Both the position numbers and the translations under genes were made by a program. A stretch of DNA of 64,000 nucleotides from Podarcis muralis (lineage: Eukaryota): assembly GCF_964188315.1 (NCBI RefSeq), contig NC_135657.1, positions 108,872,001 to 108,936,000 of the forward strand, read 5' to 3'. The notes below the pieces were generated by a model. The model made no database searches. It saw only the letters and a program-made list of their open reading frames with translations, and was not told the origin of the DNA. Each line of letters starts with the position of its first letter. The first letter of the stretch is position 1. Below, piece by piece: positions 60,977 to 64,000 of the stretch.

Positions 60977-61348
60977 GGCAGGCTGGGTACCCCACCATTA
61001 TTCTTTAGGGTAAATTTCCTTAGGAAGTCCCAAGAGTTTGGGCACCCTTTGCCAGAAGACCAGCTCAAGTGGACCATTATTATTAATATTATTATTGCAA
61101 CCGCTAATGACAGCAGGACCTAAGTGGGGATAGATGCTACTTCATTTGTCATATCTCTCCCGGCAGGTGACATGTGTCTTAACACCATTATCCTCACATG
61201 TCAAACTATCAGATGAGTATTGTAGTGAAGCTGTCACTTGACTTCGCTTTCAAGTGGTGCATCAGCTCACTTTTCCTCCTGCTGGTTTCCTGTTTAACAT
61301 GCATGGGAATGGGGAAACCCAGCCAGATGGGCGAGGTATAAATACATT

Positions 61349-61398
<50 letters not shown>
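61349..61398. repeat. (ATC)n microsatellite
   Basis: About 16 units. Confidence 0.95.
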
Positions 61399-61399
<1 letters not shown>

Positions 61400-61592
61400 T
61401 TTCCCTGGTCACTGACTCCAATGAATATTAAAAGAAAATATATTGCCTTCACAACTGATGCAGCACATATGCATTTCTTAACTTGGGAATTTGAACCCAA
61501 GTATGAATCATGGCACAAGAAGTCATTCTGGTGCTGAACATTCAACAGCCACACCATTGTGACAATTATTCCATTAGCGACTGCATACATAC

Positions 61593-61747
61593 CTTCACGG
61601 ACAAGGTGTTTGCTACTATTCCGTCTACGATACCTTCGCTAAACGGATCAAAGTGCTTGTCTGGTCTTCTCATAAATTCTGGTTTTAGTCTGTACCCACT
61701 TTTGCCATTATATTCATACATTCCCATATTTATTTGCATAGACAAAT
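61593..61747 (-). CDS. PLCB1: PLCB1 exon 19-equivalent (155 bp)
   Basis: TAG|AT TTG TCT ATG ... GTG AAG|GTATG; [52 protein letters not shown]. Confidence 0.97.
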
Positions 61748-63076
61748 CTAAGTGACAAAAAAAAATAGAACGTTTCATGGGACAGGTCAGACGCAGAAGT
61801 TTCTCTAGCACATTTACAAAAGAAGAATCCTGAAATTCCACTAGAGGTCTCCCTTCCTCTTTATATGCACATGATTACTATAGTACTGAATTCTTTTATA
61901 TATATATATATATAAACTCATTCCACATATGCTGTTTTGTGCTTCTTTCGTGGCCTGTTCACAGTACTTTTAAAACCACACCGTGGTCATCTATAAATAT
62001 TGGATATATAATGTGTAGACTGTTCTAACAATAGCAGCACCAAAGGGCAACTACCACTGTAGACATTACTGTGACTACAATACTAATCTCCTGGTTTTAC
62101 ACCTTATATTGCCCATTGTGGTATGTGCCTGGCAATAGCCAAAGCTGCCATGGTTTGCGTTGGTTGAAATGAGCTCTTTGTTCTTGTCCATTTTTGTCTA
62201 CATTAGCAACTGAAAACTAGGAAAACGTTAAAGTCCCCGTTACCTTCAGCTCTGCATGAAGCAAAACACAAACTACCTATTCAAGAAGCTGAAAAAGAAA
62301 TTTCAAGGCACAAAAATGATCATTCTTTTTATGGGAATTAATTTCTCAGCTTCTTCATAAATATCCATTGTTTCTATTTAAATCACAGTTGTATGTTTGG
62401 AAGGTATGCTTCTTTTCAGGGGAGTACTGGTTGTCCTTGCTTCTGGTCCAATTGACATTTAGTGGTGGGGATACAGTTAATATCTGTTTTACTAGATAGC
62501 TGGCTGCTATGGTGAAGGAAAGGTTAATGTGAGTTGCTTGGGATGCAGTTGCAGCATCCACTGATTTATAATTACTGAACGGGCTGCCAAATGTCATCAA
62601 AATCAGCAGTCATTTTCACAGAGGAGTAAGGGTTTTCATTTGATGGTTGACCTCAAATACTACAGACTTTTTAAAAAATCTGGTTTCGCAACCATGCTCC
62701 ATAATGACCGCAATGGAATCCTTCACAAAAGCAACAGATATATTGCTGAATTGCATAAATGGATGAACCTGTACATTATGCTGCTTGTGATTTTAGCATT
62801 GCAATTCAAGAAAGAGAACCACATGAACGATCACCCCCCAAAATCCATTTCTGAGTGTGCATATCCACAACGCTAATTCTATTTGCTTACTCAAATATTC
62901 CACCATAATTAATATCCTTTCCCAGGACATAGAGGGAATTATAATTAGTGGGTTGTATACAGCTAAATTCTATTCAAAGGAGACCCGTTGAAATTAAAGA
63001 ACTTAGGTTAGTCTGATTAACGTTGGATACAAACTAGTGTCTCTTTAAAAAGTAGTCCAATTAGACAAGTTCTTCA

Positions 63077-63328
<252 letters not shown>

Positions 63329-64000
63329 TTAACTACAATAACTGATAATTTGATTCATCTGGCACATGACACACTCCCAACAGACAAGGCAATCAGCTTG
63401 TAGGTTGTAGGGCTATGCAAAGCCCTCTCCAATTCGGGCCCAAATTTGGCAATTTGGGTCAGACCCCAGTTTGGGCTGGATCAATTTGTGCCTGGTCTGA
63501 TATGATCTATATCGCAGATCTGGATCACAATCTGTGAATACAGATCTTCCCACTCACTTGCATTGGAAAACCAAAAAAAAGACCATAAACTTCCCCCCAC
63601 AGGTCCATGGTAGCCCTTCAAGAAAGGATTAACCCTGCAAAATTACAGATAGCTCCTGGAATTTTTGGGCTAGCCAGATTTAAATTTTGGTGAGCTCTTT
63701 TTCTTTATCAAAAAAGAAAATAATTTTCAAAAATACTCTGTAGTCAATTGAGTACTCAATCGTGTTAGTTTCCACCTTGTCTCCACCAACACTGTGATTT
63801 GAGAGTGCTGAGTGAGATTCTAGCCCTGGAGCTCTCAATAAGCAAAGTCCAGCTCCCCTCCTCCCATCCTGCCATTTTCTTTATATGGTATTGTAATTAA
63901 TAAATTGCAACATTTTAGTGACATGCTGTCTGGTTTTCTGAGGGACTGTTTGGAGCTATAGGTTTAAACAGACCACTCCGTGTCAATGGAATTCAATCTG

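Overview
This window is squamate (probably lacertid lizard) genomic DNA, not prokaryotic; most ORF-track entries rely on GTG/TTG starts and are spurious. The minus strand carries 14 consecutive coding exons of phospholipase C beta-1 (PLCB1; human-equivalent exons 18-31, 63248 down to 20990). They encode the end of the catalytic Y box, the C2 domain and the C-terminal coiled-coil domain. All 14 have GT-AG boundaries and consistent phases. The PLCB1a terminal exon was not found and presumably lies left of position 1; a diverged candidate PLCB1b exon lies at about 17.0-17.1 kb. Introns hold Sauria SINEs, Bov-B (RTE), L1, L2, Rex1 and CR1-tail fragments, Tc1/mariner and hAT MITEs, solo LTRs and a young Ty3/Gypsy chromovirus deletion derivative. 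Highlights: (1) a complete 1.83-kb L1-type retroelement with a 16-bp TSD and one unrecognised 195-aa ORF, lacking RT and EN. (2) Two unrelated LTRs whose U3 is filled by an acidic/Ser-rich ORF that ends in an Arg-rich segment at the TATA box; one has an HMGN-like RRSAYLQAK. (3) A Gypsy integrase with a cage-less chromodomain and an FxGF-containing acidic tail. (4) A 12-nt in-frame deletion in PLCB1 exon 29. (5) A 710-bp L1-plus-flank duplication 41 kb apart. All comparisons to human or other proteins are from memory; no database search was run.
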